Part shown: piece by piece, positions 12,625-25,103 of the stretch
How positions within the stretch are numbered: position 1 is the first letter of the stretch
Layout of the letters: each line of letters begins with the position of its first letter
Assembly: GCA_016748015.1 (NCBI GenBank)
Contig: JAAOMT010000057.1
Coordinates: forward strand, 328,763 to 392,762
From: Geosiphon pyriformis uo1
Taxonomy: Eukaryota > Fungi > Glomeromycota
Length of the DNA stretch: 64,000 nucleotides
Reading direction: 5' to 3'
Program-made: the position numbers and the translations under genes
Notes under the pieces: model-generated
Seen by the model: the letters and a program-made list of their open reading frames with translations, nothing else
Database searches by the model: none
Told to the model about the DNA's origin: nothing

Positions 12625-15600
12625 ATGCCAAGAAACACCAAGCTTTTTTTTCCTAATCAGATTTATAACACCATGCCACTCTATTCAGCAATAGTTGTGA
12701 AAATCTGAAGAAGCCAAAACTGATTCAGCAGCACAAGCATTTAAGACAGTCTGACTGTCTGAATAAACCACAACAGAACTGCAAGAAAGAACACACTTTA
12801 AAGCTAAAACAATCGCCTGCAATTCAGCCAAAGTGGAAAAAACCAACTCACTAACCCTAATGCCAATACCTAGATTCACATCTGAGAAGTAAGCAACTGC
12901 ACCACATTCCATCTTCTGCATACCAAAATTTTTTAAAGATCCATCCATATAAATCTTAATAATACTTAAATCAGAAATAAAAAGACATTGTTTCAGTCAT
13001 AAAACACCATCTGAACCACCAACATCTAGTGATCAGAGTTTGACAACAGGTAGACTATCATGAGGAGAGAAGTAAGCCAGGAAGTCACATATTAAATTGA
13101 ACCAATAAGGGACTAGGCCTTTTGGGTCAAGCCTTTTCCAATGACAGAAGCTTTTCCAATTAAAAATCAAATCTTTTTTGGTATACAGCTGTTTAACAAA
13201 AGCCACTCCAAATCTTTTGAGTGAGCATAAAACTTCATAAAACAAATAATCCTCCAGAACTGAAGACATTGGTGTTTCATCAGAAAAATAGAACACTGTA
13301 TGAAAAAAGTTCCTAAGAAACATATCACAATTCAAAAAAATTCTAACAACACCAGCCAAAAAATTGCTGACAAGACTAATACACAACCTGACCAGATAAC
13401 ATAAAAAATGAACAGGTGACCAACTTAAAACCTGTAGGTTAAGAGATCTATGAATAAACAAGCAACCCAGAAGTCTACCAATATTCAAGAAATTCAGCAT
13501 AGAAGCCACTTTGCATTCAGTCTGCAACTGTTTAAAAGACTTCAGACCATACAAAGATGGATAATGAAGAGCCTCATTAAGAAAATTTTTTGGTAGTCTA
13601 GCCTTAAGCCTCAAATCTTTTCTAATTAATATGTTCCACTTAATACACACACTTTTAGAAAGAAAACTAAACTGAGATCTATAACTGATAATGAGTTGTA
13701 ATACAGCTGACACCAGATAGAGAAACTGTTTGTCAGAAATAGCCTTCCTCAAAACCAAATTAACAAAGAATCTAACATCTAAATAAGCTTTTGCCAAACT
13801 GGGTTTGGACAAACCCTTAGACAACAAATAAATCCTAAAATACCTATAAAACTCTCTTCTATGAGCAATTAAAATTAGCAGACCACTTATTGACAATGAT
13901 GCTTCCCCTACTCTTCTGTTAATAGAAATAGCCACAGTCTTTTCATTATTAATGGAGATGTCATTTATACTAAAAAACTCACTAGCAATATTCAGAATGT
14001 ACTAAGTAGCTGCCTGGCTACTTCTCACTCATATTGTGTCATTAACAAAAACACTAGCTACCAAAAATGAAATTAAACCACCTTGTTTTTTCAATCTGCC
14101 AGTTTTAGCAACAAATCTGGAGTCAATACAGTATTTACACAAACTCTTTTGTCTTTTAACTTTACATAAAAAAGGATCATAGAAGATCCTCCACAGTAAA
14201 GAAAAAAACATCTCACTCTGGTCAAGACCATTATGCACCTAGTACTTATTAGTCAGGCCAAAATCAGTCATAACATAATTAACACGATCATTGTGAATAT
14301 TCTCAAAGAATCTAATGAAATGATCACACATCTTAACTCGAACCAAACTATTTTGTAAGTGGTGCCAACTCATAAAATCATAGGTCTTCCACATATTCTG
14401 TAAAACAAGCCAAAGCTCACGATTTTTTTCTAAAGCATCTTTAACAACCAAACCAATGACAAAAATAGAAGACTAGATAGTAGTGCCCTTAAGCACAGAA
14501 AAATTGTCATTGCAAAAAACATTGAACATACTGCATGCCAATGAAATCTTATCAAAAAGTATCTTAGAGAGAACCTTATGAACAGTCTCAATTAAAGCTA
14601 TTGGTTTAGTATTGGTCAGAATGTCTTTTTATTTATAAGGCTTAGGAATCATAGACATCCAAGCTTCTTTCCAAAGTTGGGGTACAGATTCATGAACCAA
14701 ACAGAGATTCAAGAGATCCAACAGCATACCAAGCACAAAATTATCACAATGTTTCTAAAGTTTATTCGTAATATCAGACAAACCAGCCACTTTGCCATCT
14801 AACAGATCTTTAATCATATGCACCAAATCTTTATAGCTAATAGCATCTATTACTTCAGAAAAAGCATTATTATTAACATAATCCAACAGCAGATATTGAC
14901 ATTGCCACAAATCAGGAATGTTATATGGCACTATTCTCTTTCTTGTCCAACCTTTCATAATCTTGTCAATATTATTCTTAACATCAACCAGATCCACAAT
15001 TAAACTACTATCAGAAATCAAGTGGTCCAGCACCACTTTTCAAAAAGAATGTTCCAAAACACTATGGATCATAAAGCCTTTGTCAACTGCAAAACTTTCC
15101 ATTTATTTTTCAATAGCAGATCTGATGCCTGACTCTTTAACATGTAAAGATTCAGCCAGCTTAGATGCATGATAAAATTTTCTCACATTAAAAAGAACAG
15201 AATGTATACAATTAGAATCTGCATTAGAGTTAACAAGAAACTAAATGATAGATGTCTTGTCAGTATCCAAAAAGTCTCAATGTTTCAAAAGAGAGACAAA
15301 CCTGTCAGACCCCACCTTATGAAAAGCCTTAACCAACTTTAAACCAAAACTTTCAGTTTGTAAAACCTGAACAATTCTTTGGTGAACATCTTATCATAGC
15401 CCTTAAACCATTTTTTTTTGAAAACACCATTAGCCAAAAGAGACATTACTCTGCAAACAGTATCCCACATAGTATCCAAATACGAATACTTCTTAGATAT
15501 AACAAACTCATCAGAGAACATAGCAGCATTGGCCACTATAGCATCATTAAACTCACTTTATGTTACCTTATTAGCACTTTTGATGTCAAACTTCCAACAA

Positions 15601-16348
15601 TCTTTGTTTGCCTGTTTGCAAAAAGAGTTTAACTGCACATCCAAAAGTCCACCCAAACTTATGGACATAGAGACAGCACAATAATCAGTGTCAAAGTGCT
15701 CACCAATACTTAGAACATTATAGCATAGAATCACATTGACCAGATTCAAAGAAACAAAGATGTAGTCAATTGTTTTAGCAATACTTCTAGAGTTTTTCCA
15801 TGTAGGCATTTTGGCCACTGAGCTTCCAACTAAGAAATTAACTAGACCCAAACTGAAATATTTTTTAAAACTTGCACACTTGTGGAAACTGTTTTCATTA
15901 AAATTACTGCCAAAGATAATGAAAGAGAACTTATTTGTAGCTTTGGCAATAAGAGAGTTGACATTACCAGCTTAAGAGAATTGAACTACAGAAAAAACAC
16001 CAGCATAAAACCCCAGAATTAAAACAGAAAGTTTATTTTTAAAGAGTAACTTGATAGAAAAGAGCCAACCAGATACCTCAGAAACCTTGCACACATGTTT
16101 TGCCAAAAAATTGTCCATGATAATCACAACACCAGAATTCATATGACTAGAATCCAAACCAGAAGTGAAAACTTGGACACCACTAAACTTGTTTATAATT
16201 CATGAACAGACTCTACCTTTTAGCTTAGTCTTAGTGACAATAGAAACCAAATTGTTTATATCCTTATGCCAATGAACAATATTATCCTGCTTTACCAGAT
16301 TATTCATACTCCGAATATTACACATAGCAAATTTCCAAATTAAACTGA

Positions 16349-18241
16349 TCATTGAGTTAAGAAAAAATCCAAACTTGTATCACAATCATTTACTTTGGCT
16401 GAAAGGCCCAGAACTGTTTCCATTAAACATTTCATGCTGTCTTCTAACTTAGACACCAGAGACATATTGAAAGACACCACTTCCATAACAATCTTATCAC
16501 TAGTGGCTGCACCCAAACCCTCACTTATTATTATATCCACTTTTTAATTCTATGATAAAGGGGTTACCAATGGCTAACATCTAGGGCTAGGCTGGAAAAC
16601 TGTTGGCCCAAATACATCTAACCTCTTAGCCAGCTTACTAACTTGCTCCATAAGACTGATGAAACTGCACTCAAAAGCAGCAAACCTATCATTGATCTTA
16701 TTCACAACTGATAGAGACAGCTTCAACTTTGAAGAAGAGCCAACATTTGCTGAAACATTTTGACTAGAGAGAAGGGAAAAAAGACTTACCAACAACTTTT
16801 GCTCATGAAAAACCACCAAAAGAAACTGGATGAGCAATGGGTGTCTGTTTTTTCTTATATATATTGGCCAAATAAATCCAATTTTGAGAAGTCATTACCT
16901 ATTTCTCATAAATACCAGAAAACTTACCCAATAAACAAAAATCAGAAATATAACCAAATTGTTTACACTTGGCACAACAGACCAGAAAGAGACTAGTCCA
17001 ATGTAAATTCATACTCTTAAAAATAGACAAAGAGTCAACAGCAGCCAATTTGGATGTCTTATTATTAAAACAAATTACAGCACACCTATTACAAACATAT
17101 ATAACCAGATTATGGCCAATAAAACAAGTTTTTCCACCATAGGATGCCAACAAACCAGAAAGATCATAGACAGTAGTGCCAACTGGTAATATGTACAGCA
17201 ACATCTAATGTTGATTTCTTAATACCCATGTTTGTTTGTCATCAACTGTCTTTGCTACATGAACAGAGTTCTTTTCCATAAGAACAAACCATTCAGCTAT
17301 AACCAAATTAGCTATTTCAGATGATTCAAACTCCACTAAAGTCTTTTGCCACAGGCCAATCAGTTGTATTTTGATTAATACAATCTTACCAAACTTAGAA
17401 AAAACAGATTCCACAGCCAATTTGGGAAGATTGACTGAAATCTCCTTGACAACAATTTTCTAATCTGAATGTTTATTTATCTGCTTGACATTATTATTAA
17501 CTAAAATTTTTTTATTAACAGCCAATTCTTTTGCCTTTTTCAAACTTATTTTAGAAATAAATGAAGATCTGATAATTCCTGGAAATTTTGAGGAAGTGGA
17601 AGTCTCCCCAAAACCATTAATTTGATAAAAAATTTTTTTGATTGCAATTAACTTATCACTATTCATTTTTCCAGGTACAGCAGACAACTCAACATCTAAT
17701 GCAAATAATTTGACTGGTTCAAAACTATGTTTCTCTAGGACATGTAACTTAACATATGGCAGCTAATTGAAACCATCAAACTTTGAAAACAAAAGACTCA
17801 GCACATTATTATCATTACTTACAATATCAAATATTGGAGCCTTCAGAAGGTTGTCTAATACATATGTTTGAGTGCAAGTTTTTTTTGGTATAGCATCATT
17901 CATATTGTCATCCTCACCTGATTTAGCATAGCTTGTTTTCTTGGCAATCATGTTCACCATATTTTCAACATCCAAGAGACTACACATACTGTTAGCAATA
18001 CTGCCAACTTTGTTTCCTCAGACACAATAGGCTTATTGCCAAAAATGTCAATATTCTCCAATGTCAAAGAGCCAATAGACAAGTTAACCAAAACACCACC
18101 AGCATCAGGTTTTTTCGGCTTCTTATATGACACAATGCAAAAGTAGATGCTTTCTATATGCTTCTTTTTAGTGTTTGGGCAGGTCTCTAAACCATCTGAA
18201 CCCAAATTAGAGCCACTAGCAGAAGAGCCTACCAGTTTTAT
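16349..18241 (-). pseudogene. LINE A ORF1 (RRM-like, degenerate zinc knuckle, coiled coil)
   Basis: Fragments 17954-18205, 17460-17687, 17205-17420, 16899-17204 (CAKCKQFGYISDFC), 16574-16837 and 16349-16540 are collinear with ORF1 at 33040-34830. Confidence 0.85.
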
Positions 18242-18489
18242 AATAACAAAAACAGATATATTAAAAGGAATAACTACAAAAAAATGAAAGGGAAAGGAAA
18301 AAAGGGATGTTAATTCTTTAATAAATCTTTGCTTTTGTTATGGTCAGGGAATCGACAAGAAAAAGATAATATTAATTAATTTTATTGATTGTTATTAAGC
18401 TAATTAGTTTTTTAGTTATTTTAATTACATTTTTTCTGGTTGAAAATATGCACAAAAATTTTAATAATTAAATAAATATTATTAAAGTT

Positions 18490-20810
18490 TTATTGGTTTT
18501 TTGGTTAGTTTATTTAAAAACTTTATTAGTCTTAAAACTAAAATAGAATTTAATAATATAAGTTCAGATGTCCAGTTTTTTGCCAATTCTGTTTTAAGAA
18601 AAGCTATTTCAAATAAGCAGTTTTCATATTTGGTGTTGGCAGTTCTTTATTTTATTATTAGCTATAGAATGCAATTTAGTTTTATTCCTGTTGGTGTGTA
18701 TAATAAATAAGATGCTTTGATTCTTAAGAGCTTAAAATTGAAGTCTGGTCTGCTTTTTGATTTTTCCAGTAATACACTTTATTATCTGTCTTTGTATGGT
18801 TTAAAAGCTTTTGAGCAAATTCAAACTAAGAGCAAAATGGCTTTCATTGTGTGTTTTATGAACTCTATTAAAATTCTGAGTCATTTGTTTTCACACAGGT
18901 TTCATGACTTGCAAGTTTTGTTTTGGTGTTTGCTTAATCTTTGGTTTTTCCAGTCTGTATTAGGGTCAGTCCTTCTAATAATTTTTTGGTAAGTGTGATT
19001 TGTATTTTTTTTGAGTGTAATTTGTCTTTAGGTGATCCAATGAACAATTTTTTCTGTCTTTATAGTGGTATTCTTATGTTAATTGTTCTTGGTAAATCAA
19101 AGTTTTTTAAGTTTCTTTTTTTATTTTGGTGATATGGTATTGCTTTTATAGACCAGCTTTGCAGTAAAAATGGTGCTATTTTTAATTGGAAAACCTTTAA
19201 ATGGTAAAAGAGATTGGATCTTTATGGCCCTATTTTTGAATAATTTAAACTTTCTGTTGACTTTCTTAGTAACATGGCTTCTTTTTCTATCTATTTCTCT
19301 TTTTTGAATAATGTTAGATCCTTTAATATTCTTAAATCTAGTAAGTTTAAGTTGGTTTGTGATCATTTATCAAATATTAATATTAATAGCCTGTTTATTT
19401 ACATAGATGGATCTCTAAAGAACTTGGAAACAATCCATATAAGAACTGGTACTACAGTTTTTTTTGAGAACATTAATTTGGGTCTGAGTGTTAAGATTTT
19501 TGGTTTGATGTCTTCTATATTAGTAAAGTTGCAGGCTATTGCTTTGGTTCTTAAGTGTGTTTCTTTTCACAGCACAGTTTAATTATTTATGGACAGTCAA
19601 GTGGCTCTGGATACATGCCAATCTGAATTGAGTTTGGTGTATCTGAATTTTTAGAATTGGTGCTGAGTTAAATAATAACATATTATAAATATTGTTTGTG
19701 GAAAAAATTTAAATATTAGCTAACACAAAGTAAGGAATCATTCAAGTATTTTGGAAAACAAGTACATTGACTTGTTTGCTAATGTTGTATCTCTTTCTAA
19801 ATAGTGTTTTCTCCCTTAATTGAAGAAACATTGTATTATGGCTAGTGGTGATATTATTTTTAGTAATTCTTGACATTTTGTTTATAATATTTTTTGGTCT
19901 GTTTATCATGCATATTGGGAAGTTGGCTTTGGTTTTAGGGTTTTGGCTAGTAGTTTGCTTTTGGACATTGATTAACTGAGTTTGTTCTTGGTATGGCATC
20001 CAAATTTGCATATGACTGCTGGTTTTACTAATAGACTTACTGCTAACATTTTGCACTTATTTTATAAAAGCTTTGCATTATTGGCTATCCATTATTATTT
20101 AAAAGCATCTGTATAACAAGTGTTATTTCAGTGTAACATATTTGTATTGTGATGATGTTAAGATTTTAAACCATGTTTTTTATTGCTCATTTAACATTTC
20201 TGTTTATCATCATTTATTGAATACATATGTAAATGCTTGGAAAGTGTTTTCTGGTTTTTTTCATTCTTTTTTATTTGTATTTTAGCTAATATTCTTCTGC
20301 ATCTCAGATGCTGTAGTGTGTACAGTTCTCTACAAAAGCTTCATTTTTAGTGGTTGGCATCAGAAAGCTGTTTCTGTTTTCAGTAATTCCAAAATGACAA
20401 GTTTAAAGATTATAAGCTTTGTATATGATTTTTGTTTTGCTTTTAGAGAAAAAGTTTGGTTGGTTTGTGCTAAGCATTATTTTTTTATAAAAAAAAATGA
20501 GCTGATTTTTTATGATGATTTAGTTTTTGTTTTTATGTTTGGGCTATTCATAATGTTTTCAGCTGGTGTAATTAGGTTGTTTAAAATTACTGAAACATTT
20601 GGTATTAATTTTGGCTTGTGTAAGTCTTATTTGTTTTTTTAGACATTAGTGATCTGGTTTTGGTTTATATAGATACATAGTATTGTTTTAATTAACTTAA
20701 ATAACTGGTCATATGTAGAAAGAGCATGATTTATTCCTAGTTTAGATTATTTATATAATATATAATATTAGGCAGTATATAGATTTTATTTATTAAAGAA
20801 AATAAAAAAA
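18490..20810 (+). mobile_element. 5'-truncated, heavily mutated LINE (post-RT region, RNase H, CCHC, 3'UTR, A tail)
   Basis: Translations include DVQFFANSVLRKAISNKQ, YIDGSL and KLQAIAL. A 3'UTR remnant lies at 20680-20795, followed by an A-rich tail. Confidence 0.9.
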
Positions 20811-21660
20811 AATAACATAAATAAAAATAAAATTAATATTATTAAAACATTTTTTTTAAATAATAATAATAATAATAATTATTTAATTATTTTTTGACAA
20901 ATAAGTAAGTTTAATATTAAGAATAATATTAAAAAAATTAGATTGTTTTTTAATAAGTTTATTTTTGATATTTGAAATTTAAATAGTATTATAAAAAGAT
21001 TTAATAAATTATATTTATTCTTAATTTAGCTTAATTGGTGTTTTAACTAATTTAAATAGTTAGTTATATATAAAAAATACATAAAACACATATAATTTAA
21101 ATTATTTACTTTAATATATTATATTAAATAGTATTTAAACATATTTTATTAAAATTTAATAAAAAAACAATATAATTAAAATACAATTTTAATATAATAT
21201 ATTATAATTTTAAAACATTAAATATTAAAATTAAAATTATTTAAATAAAAATTTATAATTTTTTTAAAATATTATCAAAATTAATAATATTTTTTAAAAA
21301 ATTTTAGTTTTCGATTATTAATTTAGTTTTTTAAATAAATAATATTATAAATTAATTAAAAAAATACATATTAAAATAAACATAGTTTATTTTTATCATG
21401 AAAAATAATTGTATTAAGCAATATAGTCAAATATTAATTTATATTAATTTAATAAATATTATTATTGCTATTGTTATTTAAATTAAAAAAAAACATTATT
21501 TCTTACAATTAGATTAAAAACTTTTTAAAAAACAGATATAATAAATTTAAAATTTTAAAAAACATAATTTTAAATAATTTCAAAAAAATATTTAAAATTA
21601 CAAATAAATTGGCTATTATTGTTATTTTTGGCTGTTTTGTTAACCATTTAAAAAACAATT
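20810..21660. other. Near GC-free AT tract bounding the gene island (similar tracts at 1320-1915, 31900-32896 and 49972-50716)
   Basis: Almost only A/T, not periodic, no ORFs. Confidence 0.9.
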
Positions 21661-21709
21661 TATTTTACTGTAATATCAAGCTTGATTAGATAGATTAGAT
21701 AGTTACAAA

Positions 21710-21836
21710 GCACATGATGATGAGTTTTCATACAATAACTTTGCAATTTCTATCTTTAAAATATTGGCGGATTCCGGATCCTTTATCACTAAAAGATAAA
21801 GGACATGACGAATTCAAACTTAGCCAAATCTGAAAC
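21710..21836 (+). ncRNA. Box C/D guide RNA candidate; D guide complementary to U2 snRNA, predicting Gm19
   Basis: C box ATGATGA 21714; D' CGGA 21775; perfect 9-bp stem TCCTTTATC/GATAAAGGA; C' ATGACGA 21805; guide CTTAGCCAAA 21819-21828; D box CTGA 21830. Confidence 0.75.
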
Positions 21837-22020
21837 GCACTTGTTTAATGTTTCACTGTGTGAATGTCTTTTTATGAGTTCGCTAAAAGAAACACTTGGT
21901 GTTTCTTGGACTTTTTAAAGAGAAATCATACTTGAAATATGAACATAACAAACTTGCGGTTGTGATAAAAAGTTTTGAATCCTCCAGAGGATTATTTTGT
22001 TTTATTTTCTATTTTCTTTG

Positions 22021-22089
22021 TTGGGCAATGATGAATACGTAAAAGGTTTGAAGGGGTCTTTGATGTGTGTGTCATGTTGTTCTGATCAA
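22021..22089 (+). ncRNA. Box C/D guide RNA candidate; D' guide complementary to U5 loop 1 (Um41), D guide possibly to U6 (Am70)
   Basis: Terminal stem TTGG/TCAA; C box ATGATGA 22028; guide GTAAAAGGT 22039-22047; D' TTGA; C' TGATGT; D box CTGA 22082. Confidence 0.7.
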
Positions 22090-22208
22090 GGTCTTACCCA
22101 GAACCTTTCATCAAAGTTTCAGCGTTGACACTTTGAGTGTTAATGTGTAAGGATGATTGGGCTTGTGTTAATCATATTATTAGAAGCCAACTGTCGCCGC
22201 ATTTTAGA

Positions 22209-22381
22209 TTCATGATTACAAAACAAAAGACTTTCTTGGAAGGTCTCGGAGCCCGTATTTCAAGTAATGAATAATAAATTTTGGTTGTGGGATGATTTAG
22301 AGGAAAGCAAAGACTTTTGTTGTTTATCATATTTATTCGGTTCCCTTTCATTGATTCATCCCCATTTTGAGATTAACATAG
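22209..22381 (+). ncRNA. Possible H/ACA-like RNA (hairpin, ANANNA, hairpin, ACA)
   Basis: First hairpin ATTAC/GTAAT with AGACTTTC/GAAGGTCT; H-like ATAATA at ~22272; second hairpin TGGGATGA/TCATCCCCA; ACA at ~22376. Pocket spacing is non-canonical. Confidence 0.3.
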
Positions 22382-22866
22382 TTTGGGTGTATTTTGGCTC
22401 AGAAGAAGGATTTAATTTAATTTAAAGATTAAATAATGTTCGGAATTTCTAGCTTTACAGAAAGCAAATTAGAATATTAACTTTTAGTGCTGCTGATACT
22501 TCTTATATTGCCTTGATAATTAATAACAATTCCTTTAGAAATACTTTTTCCGTGAAGCTTGGAATTTTGACTGGTCGAAGAAATCAAATTTATTTTGAGC
22601 GGCATATACGACTCAGTTCCTAAGAACAACGTGGTTTCTGCAGGATGCATCATGCAAAATTACTATATCGTACGCAATATATGAAAATCAGATGTTATCT
22701 AATTTTATAATGGTATTCCCATTCCGTACCTCAGTAACATAGCAACAGCCTGATACCTTCCAAGATTACCTTTAGCTGATTTCTTGTTAACTTTGGACAT
22801 ATAATCTTTATCTTCGTCTACTGTGCCTTTTTAAGTTTCTCCGTTTTCAAACTTTCCACCAAGCTA

Positions 22867-24402
22867 ATGTCCTCCGCAGCCACTCCCAACAGACAAACCA
22901 ATCAAGTTCCTGGCAAACTGTATCAATTTAAACTTGTTTTACTAGGTAACGTAGTAACAGATCTTGGTTGACGTAATTATTGTTTTGGGGTTTTAAGCTG
23001 CACATTTACCCATTTTGAAAAGAAACCTTTGTCGAAAACAGCTCCAGATTTTTTACTCTTACTTACTGCTCGTTCTCACTTTTCAAACTTTTGATCCCAT
23101 CGATAATTAGGAGAATCGGCAGTTGGTAAATCAAGGTCAGTTGAAAGTTTTGCATTGAGCTTAAAGAAAAGCCTCATTTATGACAGGAAATTGCACTACT
23201 GGTGGGGTTGGTGAGGGGAAAAATTCCAAATGATGTTTATGGGGCTAACTTTCTTCATATAGGTATTCATGGAGGATTTAAGCAACCTTGTCAATTTAAG
23301 GCATTGCTGCTGAAATTTGAAACTAATCTTCTCCTTTTTAGTTTAGTATTGCGTTTCGTGAAGGATCTTTTTGACGATTACAGAGAAAGTACTATCGGAG
23401 GTTAATATAAAATTTTCTAATCTTTGTAACTAGGTGCGACATAGAAGTAAATAGATCTACTCACATCTCATTTTTATTTGAACTATTAAGCTGCCTTCTT
23501 GACCCAGACAGTGTGCCTTGATGACAATACTACAGTCAAATTTGAGATTTGGTAAAATTGATATTTAAATTATTTAATTTTCGCTACTTGAAACGATATG
23601 AATATATTATTAATAGATAATTTTTTTTGATTAAAAGGGATACAGCTGGTCAAGAACGCTACAAGGTATTGTATTGCTATTATTATCATTAAATCATTTG
23701 ATTTGATTTTAATATATTGTTCACTTATTATTTCTCCAACTTTTAATAAACAGAGCTTGGCTCCGATGTACTATAGGAATGCCAATTGCGCTGTCGTCGT
23801 TTATGATATAACTCAAGCGGTAATATAAACATGAGCTTTTTCTTCAAATCTCTTCTATTAGATATTTCACTGACCCATTAAAACTTGAAACAAGTCCTCC
23901 CTTGAAAAAGCCAAATCATGGGTGAAAGAGTTGCAAAGGCAGGCAGACCCCAATATTGTGATTGCACTCGCTGGAAACAAAAGTGATCTTAGTCCACGTC
24001 GGGCAATCGAAACCGAGGTAAGGATATATCAACTAGGTTAGTGAAAATCACAGTGTAATTATCTTATGACTCATTTCTAGACTATTATCCTTGCACAATA
24101 TGCACTAATCAAGGAGGCCCAAGCTTATGCACATGATAGTGGTTTATTGTTTTTTGAAACCTCTGCCAAGACGGCGACAAACGTGAATGATTTATTTACC
24201 TCAATAGGTATGATGAATATTCAGTTTTTTATCCAACTTTAGTAATTATTAAAATTATCACATTTATCGCTTTAAATGATTAGCGAAGAAAATGCCTCTC
24301 GATCAGTTAGCTGCAAATTCACGCGCACGAGGAACTGCATTGAATACTAGAGGCGTTGATCTTACGCGCCCTCCTCAAGATAACAATGGATGTGCATGCT
24401 GA
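22867..24402 (+). CDS. RAB5: Rab5/Vps21-family small GTPase, 9 exons
   Basis: Exons 22867-22945, 23111-23135, 23342-23400, 23491-23551, 23638-23665, 23754-23819, 23895-24017, 24114-24207 and 24284-24402, all with GT-AG introns. The spliced product reads [59 protein letters not shown]-stop (CXC prenylation motif). Confidence 0.96.
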
Positions 24403-25103
24403 GATAGAAATAAATCCGAGTACGATATTTTAATTGGTGTTTTTAGAATATTATTATTGTGTTCATCTCATTGGCTTTTTATTTCTTGGTTTCTCTCTTC
24501 TAAACAATTTTGATCACTGATCGAATCTTGCCAGAAATTTTTTATTACATATTTGCAATAGATTTATTTTCCTGGACTTTCGCATTTGTCACAAAAACAC
24601 AATGTTCGTCGAGAATAATGCGCGACAGCTCCAATTATTGCAAGATGTTCAAGCAAATTTGATAGTAACTTTTATTTACAGCATTTTCAACAAGCATGTT
24701 AATGATTTTAGTATTCAAAAAAATAGCCACTTTATGGACAAAATTTTCAAAATGTTAGTTTTAGTGACCCTGCCGAAAAGTCGCATTATACTCTACTCAG
24801 TTTTTATTAAAATCTAGGATTCTTTTGCTAATTAAGCTTTCTCTATTCACAGTGAAAGTTGGAAAGAAATTAAGCCTTGTATTGTGAGAAGAAAATCGTG
24901 CGATTCTTTACTTATGTAACATGTTTCTTGCGATTTTGGATTAAAGAATTTCGAGACAGATGTAAAAATTTCCAAGCATGCTGATCCTAGTAGCTTTTTC
25001 CCCAATTCTTGTCAATCTTTTTTTGGGTTTGAGTTGATATATCACTGCTCTTTGATCTGCACGAGATTTCGAAATTAAAATTACAATTCTACTTCGAAAA
25101 TCA

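Larger units (their letters stand above)
2050..16352 (-). pseudogene. LINE A ORF2 (APE endonuclease, RT, RNase H, CCHC), many stops, interrupted
   Basis: ATG at 16352 overlaps the ORF1 TGA (ATGA). Motifs: TIDY and DTDY (APE); LQNMWKTYD, GLDQSE and FVND (RT); MDGSL, ELQAI and YSDSQ (RNH). Terminal TAG at 2050-2052. Confidence 0.88.
1915..18365 (-). mobile_element. LINE A: full-length degenerate non-LTR retrotransposon (ORF1; ORF2 APE-RT-RNaseH-CCHC), split by the Gypsy insertion at 3008-12624
   Basis: Poly(T) at 1915-1924 and a 3'UTR homologous to 49828-49961. ORF2 fragments lie at 2491-2715 and 12685-16157; ORF1 fragments at 16349-18205. Removing the Gypsy element restores SWHKVKRHLGVLGNKHADELA. 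The 5' boundary is approximate. Confidence 0.92.

Noticed and set aside
23202-23405. Alternative Rab5 N-terminus (CQFKALLL) in intron 2, in frame with exon 3
   Set aside because: No P-loop and no in-frame ATG; the canonical exons 1-2 already supply this region, so the match is probably chance.
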